Below are positions 6,264 through 13,683 of a stretch of DNA of 24,000 nt, piece by piece. The DNA lies in assembly GCF_034931325.1 (NCBI RefSeq), contig NZ_JAYGHX010000012.1, positions 49,061 through 73,060 of the forward strand. The letters are read 5' to 3'. Made by a program: the position numbers and the translations under genes. Source of the DNA: Cyanobium gracile UHCC 0139. Lineage in GTDB: Bacteria; Cyanobacteriota; Cyanobacteriia; PCC-6307; Cyanobiaceae. Positions within the stretch are counted from its first letter, which is position 1; each line of letters starts with the position of its first letter. The notes beneath the pieces were generated by a model. That model was not told the origin of the DNA. It did not search any database and was given only the letters and a program-made list of their open reading frames with translations.

Positions 6264-7316
6264 TCAGCCCGCCTCCGCCCGCACCATCGGCTGCCAGAAC
6301 TGCTGCCACAGCAGCCCGCCGAAGCGCAGCCTCAGGCCGATCTGGCGCAGGGGGCCGTCCCCCTGGCGGCGGGCGACGCCCATCTCCTGGAAGCAGGCGA
6401 CGAGGCGATCCCGCAGGGCGATGTAGCCGCCGGACTCCAGATCGAACACCCAGGGGAAGGCCCGGCGGGCCGTGCGGTTGGTCTGACGCATCACCTCGGC
6501 ATCGAAGGCCTCCGGATCCATCCCCAGGATCCGGTAGAACTCGCCGCGCTCACAGACCGTGAGGCTGTGGGTGAGAAACACCGACCACAGGAAGAAGCGA
6601 CTCAGCAGCTTGCCGCGCAGGCCCTGGCGCAGGGCCGGCCAGCAGCGGATCAGCATGTTGAAGATGTCGCCATGGCGGTTTTCGTCCTGGCACCAGGGCT
6701 CGAAGAAATCGAACAGCGGTGCGAAGTTGCTGTCGGGGTGGGCCTTGAGGTGGCGGTCGATGAGGATGTATCGCCAGTAGCCGATCTTCTCCGACAGGAA
6801 GACGCTGTAGAGCACCCAGCTCAGGGGGAACCAGGTGATCGGCCGCTTGGTGCTGAGGCTGGGCAGATCGATCTCGATGCCCTCGGCCACCAGCGCCCGG
6901 TTGAGGAAGCCGGCATGGCGGGCCTCATCGCGGGCCATCAGCTGGAACAGCCGCCCCATCTCGGGACGCTGCGCCTGGAACAGCCGCCGGGAGAGCTCCT
7001 TGAACAGCAGAAAGCCGGAGAACTCCGACACGCAGGAGCGCACCAGATAGCTCTCGTAGGCCTCCTTCTCCTCGGGGCTCAGGTCCCGGAGCCGGTCCAG
7101 CTGTGCCTTGCGATCGAAGTGGTCGCGGTTGTAGTCCGCCTCCATCTCGGCGAGCATCGCGTCGAAGGCCGGCCGCTGCGGCTCCAGATCCGTGCGGGCC
7201 GCCTTGGCGATCTGGGTCGTGTAGAACCGCGGCGTCAGCAGGTCTTCCCGCAGGTGGGGGGCCGCCGGGGCGGCCACAGATGAGCCCGCAGCAGGGGAGG
7301 AGAGGGTGGCGGTCAT
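6264..7316 (-). CDS. acsF: Mg-protoporphyrin IX monomethyl ester oxidative cyclase (AcsF / ChlA / CycI)
   Basis: Start taken at the internal ATG 7316 (MTATLSS...), giving 350 aa. Motifs: LLTPRFYTT, SCVSEFSGFLLFKEL, ARDEARHAGFLN, CQDENRHGD (di-iron ExxH motifs). Confidence 0.92.
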   Translation of the reverse strand: MTATLSSPAAGSSVAAPAAPHLREDLLTPRFYTTQIAKAARTDLEPQRPAFDAMLAEMEADYNRDHFDRKAQLDRLRDLSPEEKEAYESYLVRSCVSEFSGFLLFKELSRRLFQAQRPEMGRLFQLMARDEARHAGFLNRALVAEGIEIDLPSLSTKRPITWFPLSWVLYSVFLSEKIGYWRYILIDRHLKAHPDSNFAPLFDFFEPWCQDENRHGDIFNMLIRCWPALRQGLRGKLLSRFFLWSVFLTHSLTVCERGEFYRILGMDPEAFDAEVMRQTNRTARRAFPWVFDLESGGYIALRDRLVACFQEMGVARRQGDGPLRQIGLRLRFGGLLWQQFWQPMVRAEAG

Positions 7317-7373
7317 CGGGAGGCGACGCTGTCTCACGTCATAACGACATCGTGATACTACGTGATCCGCCCT

Positions 7374-7403
7374 ATGCAGACTTGTGGTTTCACGATTCTG
7401 CAT
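7374..7403. promoter_or_regulatory. Candidate operator: perfect 7-bp inverted repeat ATGCAGA-N16-TCTGCAT in the acsF/arsR divergent region
   Basis: ATGCAGA at 7374-7380 and TCTGCAT at 7397-7403 are exact reverse complements. They lie in an AT-rich island, 58 nt upstream of the acsF ATG and 59 nt upstream of the arsR ATG. A tandem CGTGAT repeat (7351-7356 and 7361-7366) sits next to it. Confidence 0.4.
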
Positions 7404-7461
7404 CAACAATCTGAGACGCAAGCGTGGTAGTCTGCCCCAGTCCTGGGTCCCGCTGCGGTCG

Positions 7462-7767
7462 ATGGAATCTCTGGCCGACTACTTCAAGGTGTTCTCCGAA
7501 CCCAACCGGCTCACGGTGCTGGAGACCCTGCGCCCGGGCCCCCTGAACGTCACGGCCGTCGTCGAGAAGACCGGCCTCAGCCAGGCCCTGGTGTCCAAGC
7601 ATCTCAAGCTGCTCACCATCGCCGGGGTGGTGCGTCGCCGTCCCGAAGGCAGCCTGGTGTTCTATGAAGTGATTGACAAGGGTGTCTTCCAGCTCCTGGC
7701 CCAGGCCCGGAAGCTGATGCTCGCCTCCCGCCGCCAGCAACTCGATGCCCTTGCGGCCATCCTCTGA
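7462..7767 (+). CDS. ArsR/SmtB-family winged-helix transcriptional regulator (no Cys, one His)
   Basis: Start taken at ATG 7462 (MESLADYFKVFSEPNRLTVLETL...), giving 101 aa. It has the typical ArsR HTH_5/20 pattern (FxxLxxxxRLxIL..L, then LSQALVSKHLKLLTIAGVV). Confidence 0.85.
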   Translation: MESLADYFKVFSEPNRLTVLETLRPGPLNVTAVVEKTGLSQALVSKHLKLLTIAGVVRRRPEGSLVFYEVIDKGVFQLLAQARKLMLASRRQQLDALAAIL

Positions 7768-8413
7768 GCTCCCCGCCGATCTCCCCGTCGACCTGGACGC
7801 CCTCAAACGCGCCCTGGCCAAGGGGCGCCGTCACTTCGCCGGCCTGCGGCTGGGGGACCTTGATGGTGTGGCGCTCGATCTCGGCGACTGCGACCTGCAC
7901 GGCGGCTGCTTCAAGGAAGGCCGCTTCGGCCACGCCCGACTGGCGGGGGCGAACGTGGAGGCGGCCTGCTTCCAGCAGGCGCTGCTCTGGGGGGCCGACC
8001 TCTCCGATCTCAAGGCCGGCGGCTCCTTCTGGCACGACGCCGATCTGTCGTCGGCCCGGCTGCAGGGGGCCGATTTCAGCGCCGCCCTGATGCACCGCTG
8101 CTGCCTGCGGGGGGTGCTCGGGGCCCACAGCCGCTGGCGGTCCACCCGGCTGGTGGAAGCCGACTTCCGCGGCGGACTCGATCAGCGCACCGATCTGGGC
8201 TGGGCCGATTTCCAGGGGGCCGATCTCAGCTTCGCCCAGATGCAGGGGGCCCTGCTGCAGGGGAGTGATCTGCGCGGTGCCTGCCTCTACGGCACCAACA
8301 TGGGAGGGGCCGACCTGAGGGACGCCGATCTGCGCGGCTGCGATCTGCGGGACACCGATCTCCGGGACGCCATGCTGGAAGGCACCCTGCTCCACGACGC
8401 CCTGCTGCCATGA
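7745..8413 (+). CDS. Pentapeptide-repeat protein
   Basis: 222 aa of A(D/N)LxX-type pentapeptide repeats (GADLSDLKA, ADLSSARLQGADFSAA, GADLSFAQMQGALLQGSDLRGACLYGTNMGGADLRDADLRGCDLRDTDLRDA). The ATG overlaps the arsR 3' end by 23 nt. The stop overlaps the gor ATG (ATGA). Confidence 0.85.
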   Translation: MPLRPSSELPADLPVDLDALKRALAKGRRHFAGLRLGDLDGVALDLGDCDLHGGCFKEGRFGHARLAGANVEAACFQQALLWGADLSDLKAGGSFWHDADLSSARLQGADFSAALMHRCCLRGVLGAHSRWRSTRLVEADFRGGLDQRTDLGWADFQGADLSFAQMQGALLQGSDLRGACLYGTNMGGADLRDADLRGCDLRDTDLRDAMLEGTLLHDALLP

Positions 8414-9768
8414 CCGACTGCTTCGATCTGATCGTCCTCGGGGCGGGCTCCGGTGGCCTGGCCGCTGCCAAACGGGCGGCCTCCTACGGGGCCTCCGTGG
8501 CGATCGTGGAGGGCGACCGGGTGGGGGGGACCTGCGTGATCCGCGGCTGCGTACCCAAGAAGCTGCTGGTCTACGGCTCGGCCTACCGCCACGTGCTCGC
8601 CGATGCCGCCAGCTACGGCTGGCAGCTGGATGGCTTCCGACCGGACGCTTCGGTGCTGCTCGCCAACGTGCGCCGGGAGGTGGACCGACTCAATCAGCTG
8701 CACATCACCCTGCTGGAGAAGGCAGGCGTCGAGCTGGTGCGCGGCTGGGGCCGGTTCGCCGATCCCCACCACATCGAGGTGATCCAGGACGGCGAGACCA
8801 ACCGACGCCTCAAGGGCGAACGGATCCTGATCGCCGCCGGCGGCCGGCCGCACCGGCCCACCATCCCCGGGGCTGAGCTGGGCTGGGTCAGCGACGACAT
8901 GTTCCTGCAGGAAAGCTTCCCGGACCGGGTCGTGGTGGTGGGGGCGGGCTTCATCGCCTGCGAATTCGCCTGCATCCTGCACGGCCTTGGGGTGGCGGTG
9001 ACCCTGTTGGTGCGGGGCGACCACCTGCTGCGGGGCTTCGACCGGGAAGCCTCCCATGCGGTGCAGGAGGCCATGGAGGCCGAAGGCATCGAGATCCGCT
9101 TCACCCACAGCCCCGCCGCCATCACGGGCGTGCCCGGCGCCCTGGAGCTGGTCACCCAGAGCGGCGAGGTGCTGGCCTGCGGCGGCGTGCTGCTGGCCAC
9201 GGGCCGCAGGCCCTTCCTTGAGGGGCTGCAGCTGGAATGCGCCGGGGTGGCGGTGGAAGGCCACCGCATCCCGGTGGATGCCGACCAGACCACCAACGTG
9301 CCCCACATCCATGCGGTCGGCGATGTGACCGACCGCATCAACCTCACCCCGGTGGCGGTGGACGAAGGCCGGGCCTTCGCCGACACCGTCTACGGCAACA
9401 AGCCCCGCCAGGTCAACCATGACCTGGTGGCCAGCGCCGTGTTCAGCCAGCCGGAACTGGCTGGGGTGGGGCTGAGCGAGGAGGCGGCGATCGAGCGCTT
9501 CGGTGCCGAGGGCATCCGGGTGCACCGGGCCCGCTTCCGGCCCATGGCCCAGGCCCTGCCGGCCCGGGGGCCCCGGGTGCTGCTGAAGCTGATCGTGGAG
9601 AGCGCCACCGACAAAGTGGTGGGCTGCCACATGGTGGGCGAGCACAGCGCCGAGATCATTCAGATGGCGGCGATCGCCATCGGCATGGGCGCCACCAAGG
9701 CCGACTTCGACCGCACCATGGCCCTGCACCCCTCGGTGGCCGAGGAGTTCGTCACCATGGCCGGCTGA
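8410..9768 (+). CDS. gor: Glutathione-disulfide reductase
   Basis: 452 aa. Motifs: FDLIVLGAGSGG FAD fold, redox-active GGTCVIRGCVPKK, second dinucleotide fold VVVGAGFIACEFA, C-terminal HP(S/T)xxEE dimerisation/active-site motif (ALHPSVAEEF). Confidence 0.9.
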   Translation: MTDCFDLIVLGAGSGGLAAAKRAASYGASVAIVEGDRVGGTCVIRGCVPKKLLVYGSAYRHVLADAASYGWQLDGFRPDASVLLANVRREVDRLNQLHITLLEKAGVELVRGWGRFADPHHIEVIQDGETNRRLKGERILIAAGGRPHRPTIPGAELGWVSDDMFLQESFPDRVVVVGAGFIACEFACILHGLGVAVTLLVRGDHLLRGFDREASHAVQEAMEAEGIEIRFTHSPAAITGVPGALELVTQSGEVLACGGVLLATGRRPFLEGLQLECAGVAVEGHRIPVDADQTTNVPHIHAVGDVTDRINLTPVAVDEGRAFADTVYGNKPRQVNHDLVASAVFSQPELAGVGLSEEAAIERFGAEGIRVHRARFRPMAQALPARGPRVLLKLIVESATDKVVGCHMVGEHSAEIIQMAAIAIGMGATKADFDRTMALHPSVAEEFVTMAG

Positions 9769-9783
9769 ACAGGACCGGGGCGA

Positions 9784-10065
9784 TCAGAGCTCCTCTTCCA
9801 CCCCAGGCCGGATGGTGCAGTCCGCGAGGGGGTAGCTGACGCAGAGCAGGGCGAAGCCTTCGCCGATCTGGTCATCGTCGAGGAAGCTCTGGTCGGACTG
9901 GTCGACGCTGCCGGAGAGGATCTTGCCAGCACAGGTGCTGCAGGCCCCGGCGCGGCAGGAGTAGGGCAGATCAATGCCCTGCTCCTCGGCCGCGTCGAGG
10001 ATGTAGGTGTCGTCGGGGCAGCTGAAGGACTTCCCTCCTTCCAGGCTGATCGTGAAGCTCGCCAT
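9784..10065 (-). CDS. petF: Plant-type [2Fe-2S] ferredoxin
   Basis: 93 aa. The sequence [31 protein letters not shown] ... LLCVSYP carries the CxxxxCxxC...C cluster ligands. Confidence 0.93.
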   Translation of the reverse strand: MASFTISLEGGKSFSCPDDTYILDAAEEQGIDLPYSCRAGACSTCAGKILSGSVDQSDQSFLDDDQIGEGFALLCVSYPLADCTIRPGVEEEL

Positions 10066-10160
10066 GGTGCCGCAGGAGGACGATCAGGAAATCCTTGGGG
10101 AACCTGAAGCGGCGGTGTGTATCGCAGCGAACAGCGTTCGCGAGCCAGGACAAGGGGGCC

Positions 10161-10595
10161 TCAGGGTCCGGTGCCGGCCGGGGGGTGGCTGGGGAAGCCC
10201 CAGGCCCGGCGGAGGGCCGGGTCGGAGAGTTCCCAGGCATGTTCACTGGCCACCACGGCGGCCCGCACCCCCTCCCCCGTCAGCCCCCGGGCCGCCCGGG
10301 CGCTCTCCAGCAGCCGGCGGAACCGCAGGCTCTCCTGCAGCAGCCGATCGACCCGTTCGGCCCCCCCGGCGCTGGCGAGCATGGTCGGTTGCCGGGCGCA
10401 GAGTTCGAGGGTCTCGATGTGCTGCTCCAGCCAGGCGGCCTCGTAGTGGAGCATGGCGTCAGTGCAGCCCTCGAGCCGGGCGGCGTAGAGCGTCAGATGC
10501 TCCTCCAGCACGGCAGGGTCCCCGGAGCGGTCGACCGGGGCCGGAGCGGTGGAGCGGTCATGGAGCCGCTGCATGATCTGACGCAGGTAACTCAT
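10161..10595 (-). CDS. Hypothetical protein (predicted all-helical, no recognised domain)
   Basis: 144 aa, ATG start. G/C at the third codon position is very high in this frame and the amino-acid composition is ordinary. The overlapping plus-strand ORFs are G/P/R-rich shadow ORFs. Confidence 0.65.
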   Translation of the reverse strand: MSYLRQIMQRLHDRSTAPAPVDRSGDPAVLEEHLTLYAARLEGCTDAMLHYEAAWLEQHIETLELCARQPTMLASAGGAERVDRLLQESLRFRRLLESARAARGLTGEGVRAAVVASEHAWELSDPALRRAWGFPSHPPAGTGP

Positions 10596-10632
10596 GGGAG
10601 GTGGCCTCGCGGTGCTCGAGCGGTCGGTGGGG

Positions 10633-11613
10633 TCAGACGGCCGCCAGGCCCCGTTCGTTGAACACCCCTTCGAACAGCACCGAACTGAGGTAGCGCTCGC
10701 CGGAGTCGGGCAGCACCACCACGATCGTGCGGCCCTCGAAGGCCTTCTCCCTGGCGAGCCGCAGGGCGGCCACCGTGGCGGCGCCGCAGGAGATGCCGGC
10801 CAGGATTCCTTCCTCCTTCATCAGGCGGCGGGCCATGGTCACCGCCTCCTCGTCGCTGACGGCCTCGACCCGGTCGACCAGGCTGAGGTCGAGGTTGGCG
10901 GGAACGAACCCGGCGCCGATGCCCTGGATCTTGTGGGGACCGGGCCGGAGATCCTCACCGGCGATGGTCTGGCGGATGACGGGGCTGTTCAACGGCTCCA
11001 CCGCCACCGACACCAACGGCTGGCCGAGGGTGGTCTTGATGTAGCGGCTGACGCCGGTGATGGTGCCGCCGGTGCCGACGCCACAGACGAGGGCATCGAC
11101 CACACCGCCGGTGTCCGTCCAGATCTCGGGGCCGGTGGTGTCGTGGTGGATGCGGGGGTTGGCCGGGTTGACGAACTGCTGCAGCATCACCCAGCGGTCC
11201 GGCTCGGACTCCGCCAGCTCCCGGGCGGCGGCGATGGCCCCCCCCATGCCCAGGCGGCCTTCGGTGAGCAGCAGATGGGCGCCATAGGCCGTAAGCAGCT
11301 TACGCCGCTCCAGGCTCATCGTTTCCGGCATCGTGAGGGTGAGGGGGATGCCCCGGGAGGCGGCCACGAACGCCAGGGCGATGCCGGTGTTGCCGCTGGT
11401 GGGCTCGATCAGTTCCTTGCCTGGCCCCAGCAGCCCATCCCGCTCGGCCTGCCAGATCATCGCCGCGCCGATGCGGCACTTGACGGAGTAGGCCGGATTG
11501 CGGCCCTCGATCTTGGCGAGCACCCGGGCGCCGCATCCCTCCGTGACGCGATGCAGCTCCACCAGCGGGGTCTGCCCGATGCTGAGGCTGTTATCGGCAT
11601 GGATGGGGCTCAT
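10633..11613 (-). CDS. cysK: Cysteine synthase A (O-acetylserine sulfhydrylase)
   Basis: 326 aa. Motifs: [20 protein letters not shown] (PLP-binding Lys), [22 protein letters not shown]. Confidence 0.92.
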   Translation of the reverse strand: MSPIHADNSLSIGQTPLVELHRVTEGCGARVLAKIEGRNPAYSVKCRIGAAMIWQAERDGLLGPGKELIEPTSGNTGIALAFVAASRGIPLTLTMPETMSLERRKLLTAYGAHLLLTEGRLGMGGAIAAARELAESEPDRWVMLQQFVNPANPRIHHDTTGPEIWTDTGGVVDALVCGVGTGGTITGVSRYIKTTLGQPLVSVAVEPLNSPVIRQTIAGEDLRPGPHKIQGIGAGFVPANLDLSLVDRVEAVSDEEAVTMARRLMKEEGILAGISCGAATVAALRLAREKAFEGRTIVVVLPDSGERYLSSVLFEGVFNERGLAAV

Positions 11614-11748
11614 GGTGCTCCCTCTGGATCCGGTCCATGGGCACCTTAGTCAGCGCCCGATCCCTGGGGACTGTCAAGCAGCTGGGGCACGTCGTCCGGG
11701 CGACGTCGGCCCATACGATCGCCCCCGTCGGATGCAATCGCGCCAGGG

Positions 11749-12246
11749 GTGAAGACACCGGTCCCCGGGATCCATGGACCCATCGCCCTGTTGCTGCTGC
11801 TCCTTTCCATCGCCGTGGTGACGGTGGTGATCGACCGGGGCCGCTACTGGTGGGGCTGGTGGCGCGGCCGGGGCTCCCGGCGCCAGCAGTGGGAACGGGT
11901 GCTGGCCGACCAGGGCGGGTCGGCCGCCGGACGCCTGCTGGAGGACTGGGAGCTGGAGATGCGGTTCGGCGAGCCGCTGCTGCAGGCCGCCGTCGTGCTG
12001 GCGCCGCTGCTGGGGCTGGTGGGTACCGTTCTCGGTCTGATGCAGGTGCTCGCCAGCCTCGGCCCCCAGCTGCTGCTGCCGGCCGGGGCCAACCTGGCCG
12101 GGTTCGGCCAGGTGCTGCTGAGCACGGCCCTGGGCCTGATCCTGAGCCTGATCGCCAGCACCGGCCTGTTCGCCAACCAGTGGCTGCGGCACAGCCAGTG
12201 CCTGCGGCTGCAGCAGCTCGGCCGTACCTGGGCCCCGCCGGCATGA
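11749..12246 (+). CDS. exbB: MotA/TolQ/ExbB-family proton-channel protein (short, 3 TM)
   Basis: 165 aa, GTG start. There are three hydrophobic segments and the family motif APLLGLVGTVLGLMQV. Confidence 0.8.
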   Translation: MKTPVPGIHGPIALLLLLLSIAVVTVVIDRGRYWWGWWRGRGSRRQQWERVLADQGGSAAGRLLEDWELEMRFGEPLLQAAVVLAPLLGLVGTVLGLMQVLASLGPQLLLPAGANLAGFGQVLLSTALGLILSLIASTGLFANQWLRHSQCLRLQQLGRTWAPPA

Positions 12247-12596
12247 ACCACGCCCTGGCCGCCCTCGTGGGGCTGACCCTGCTGTTGTGCGGGTCGGTGG
12301 CGGCGCTGGCCGACCTGGCCCGGCAGCGCCAGCCGCGGCTGCGGCCCCCGGGGGGGCCATCCCTCACGGGCGCCGTCTGGATCGTGCAGGCGCCCGGGAA
12401 CCGCTGGTTCGTCAACGGAGAACCCGTCTCCCGCGGCCGACTTCCCGGCCTGCTGGGCTCCCAGCCGGCCGGCAGCGAGATCCGTTTCCTGCCGTCCGCC
12501 CGCCTGCCCCTGGGGGAGGTGGCCCGCTCCCTGGCCCACCTGCGGGCGATCAGCCCCCAGCCGGTGGGGCTGGCCCTGCCGGAGGCGGGGCCATGA
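12243..12596 (+). CDS. exbD: ExbD/TolR-family protein 1
   Basis: ATG at 12243 overlaps the exbB stop (ATGA); 117 aa. An N-terminal TM segment (ALAALVGLTLLLCGSVAAL) is followed by an ExbD-like periplasmic domain (FVNGEPV...EIRFLPSARLPLGEVARSLAHLRA). Confidence 0.65.
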   Translation: MNHALAALVGLTLLLCGSVAALADLARQRQPRLRPPGGPSLTGAVWIVQAPGNRWFVNGEPVSRGRLPGLLGSQPAGSEIRFLPSARLPLGEVARSLAHLRAISPQPVGLALPEAGP

Positions 12597-12958
12597 ACGC
12601 CGACGCCGGCCGCACGCCTCGCTGGGGGGCCGCCCTGGACGCGGTGGCCCTCGGGGCGATGGCCACCGCACTGGCGCTGCTGTCCCTGGCGCTGGTCCTG
12701 GTTCCGCAGCGGCTGGCCCAGCGTCCGGCGAGCCAGGGGATCGTCAGCCTGCACCTGGGCGCCGACGGACGGCTGCGGCTCTGGAACCAGCCGGTCCCGT
12801 CCGCTCAGCTGGCCGCCGTGCTCCAGGGTCTCGAGGCCAGCCGGGGTCGGCCCACCGTGCGTCTGATCCCCGATGCCGATGTCCCCTGGGGATCGGTGCA
12901 GCGGCTGATGGAGCGCCTGGGCCGTTCCGACCTGCCCCTGGAGCTCCAGCTGCCATGA
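12593..12958 (+). CDS. exbD: ExbD/TolR-family protein 2
   Basis: ATG at 12593 overlaps the previous stop (ATGA); 121 aa. A TM segment (AVALGAMATALALLSLALVLV) is followed by VSLHLGADGRLRLWNQPV...TVRLIPDADVPWGSVQRLMERL, which is typical of ExbD. Confidence 0.7.
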   Translation: MNADAGRTPRWGAALDAVALGAMATALALLSLALVLVPQRLAQRPASQGIVSLHLGADGRLRLWNQPVPSAQLAAVLQGLEASRGRPTVRLIPDADVPWGSVQRLMERLGRSDLPLELQLP

Positions 12959-13677
12959 ACGTCAGCCTGCTGCGCTGGCGCCATCTGGGGCTGCCGCTGC
13001 TCGGGGCCCTGGCCCTGAACGGGCTGGTGGTCGCGATGGCCCTGCGTCCGCCCGCCAGGACAGCACCCACCGTGGCGGCCTCACCGCCGGATGACACCCC
13101 CGAACTGCTGCGGTTCAGCCGCCAGCAGGCGCGGGAGCCGGCCCTGATGGCCCTGCCCCTGCCGCCGCTCAGCGCCCTGCCGCCGCCACCGCCGACGGAT
13201 CTGCCGGCCCGACAGCGCCGCGGGGCCGCCGGCCTCCGCGGCGGCGATGCGGCCACGGCCCGGAAACGGGGAAGGGCGGCGGCGGCCACCCCGGCACCGC
13301 CGGCAGCCGCTGATGATCGTGCCGGCGGCAGGACAGGCGCGGAGCTGGTGGTGACCAGCCGGATGCTGGCCCTGGCCCTGCAGGCCAGGCCCCTTGAGGC
13401 GGCCGAGGCCACCGCCCTTGCGGCCCTGTGGGAGCAGGCGGCGCCATCCCGGGAGGTGCCCTCCGGGATCGCCGCCGCTCCGGACGTGATGGAATGGCGG
13501 CGACTGCCGCTCGCCAAGGCCCGCGGCGCTGGGATGGCGTTCAGCGATCCCCTCGCCGTGCTGGCAGGCGGAAAGGTGCTGCTGCTGTGGCCGGACGGGA
13601 GCACGTTCTGGATGGTGGCGGCCGCCGCAGAGAGCCGTGCCGCCGGGGACAGCCGTGCCACAGGAATCAAACCTTGA
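12955..13677 (+). CDS. Membrane-anchored Pro/Ala-rich protein with TonB-like architecture but no recognisable TonB C-terminal domain
   Basis: ATG at 12955 overlaps the previous stop (ATGA); 240 aa. An N-terminal anchor (HLGLPLLGALALNGLVVAMAL) is followed by a Pro-rich spacer (LPLPPLSALPPPPPTDLP) and then a C-terminal region of about 110 aa that I cannot assign. Confidence 0.4.
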   Translation: MNVSLLRWRHLGLPLLGALALNGLVVAMALRPPARTAPTVAASPPDDTPELLRFSRQQAREPALMALPLPPLSALPPPPPTDLPARQRRGAAGLRGGDAATARKRGRAAAATPAPPAAADDRAGGRTGAELVVTSRMLALALQARPLEAAEATALAALWEQAAPSREVPSGIAAAPDVMEWRRLPLAKARGAGMAFSDPLAVLAGGKVLLLWPDGSTFWMVAAAAESRAAGDSRATGIKP

Positions 13678-13683
13678 GACGGA

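Noticed and set aside
5483-7283. Plus-strand ORFs of 359 aa (5483-6562) and 365 aa (6186-7283)
   Set aside because: They are antisense to the ADO-family gene and acsF, and no motifs are present. The same reasoning applies to 2006-3094 (+) opposite hemN, 10594-11649 (+) opposite cysK, 13843-14973 (+) opposite the aminotransferase, 17571-18527 (+) opposite the CHAD gene, 18518-19516 (+) opposite sphX and 19513-20736 (+) opposite corA.
7860-8400. Recurrent nucleotide strings such as ggggccgatct / gacgccgatctgcg, which look like a tandem repeat array
   Set aside because: They are the DNA image of the pentapeptide (A-D-L-x-x) repeats of a coding gene. The period and spacers are irregular at the DNA level, so this is not a CRISPR array or a satellite.
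8287-9729. 480-aa minus-strand ORF
   Set aside because: It is antisense to glutathione reductase, which has FAD and redox-disulfide motifs on the plus strand.
10127-10141. Palindrome GCGAAC-agc-GTTCGC upstream of petF, considered as a terminator or operator
   Set aside because: The stem is only 6 bp with a 3-nt loop and no U-tract. No second copy exists in the window. It is kept only as a note within the orphan-gene finding.
11626-11780. 9-bp inverted repeat GGTCCATGG (11632-11640) / CCATGGACC (11772-11780), each next to a GGATCC, flanking the cysK-exbB spacer
   Set aside because: Both arms are built from self-palindromic hexamers (GGATCC, CCATGG), and one arm is inside the exbB coding region. 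There are no other hallmarks of a mobile element or structured RNA, so this is likely chance.
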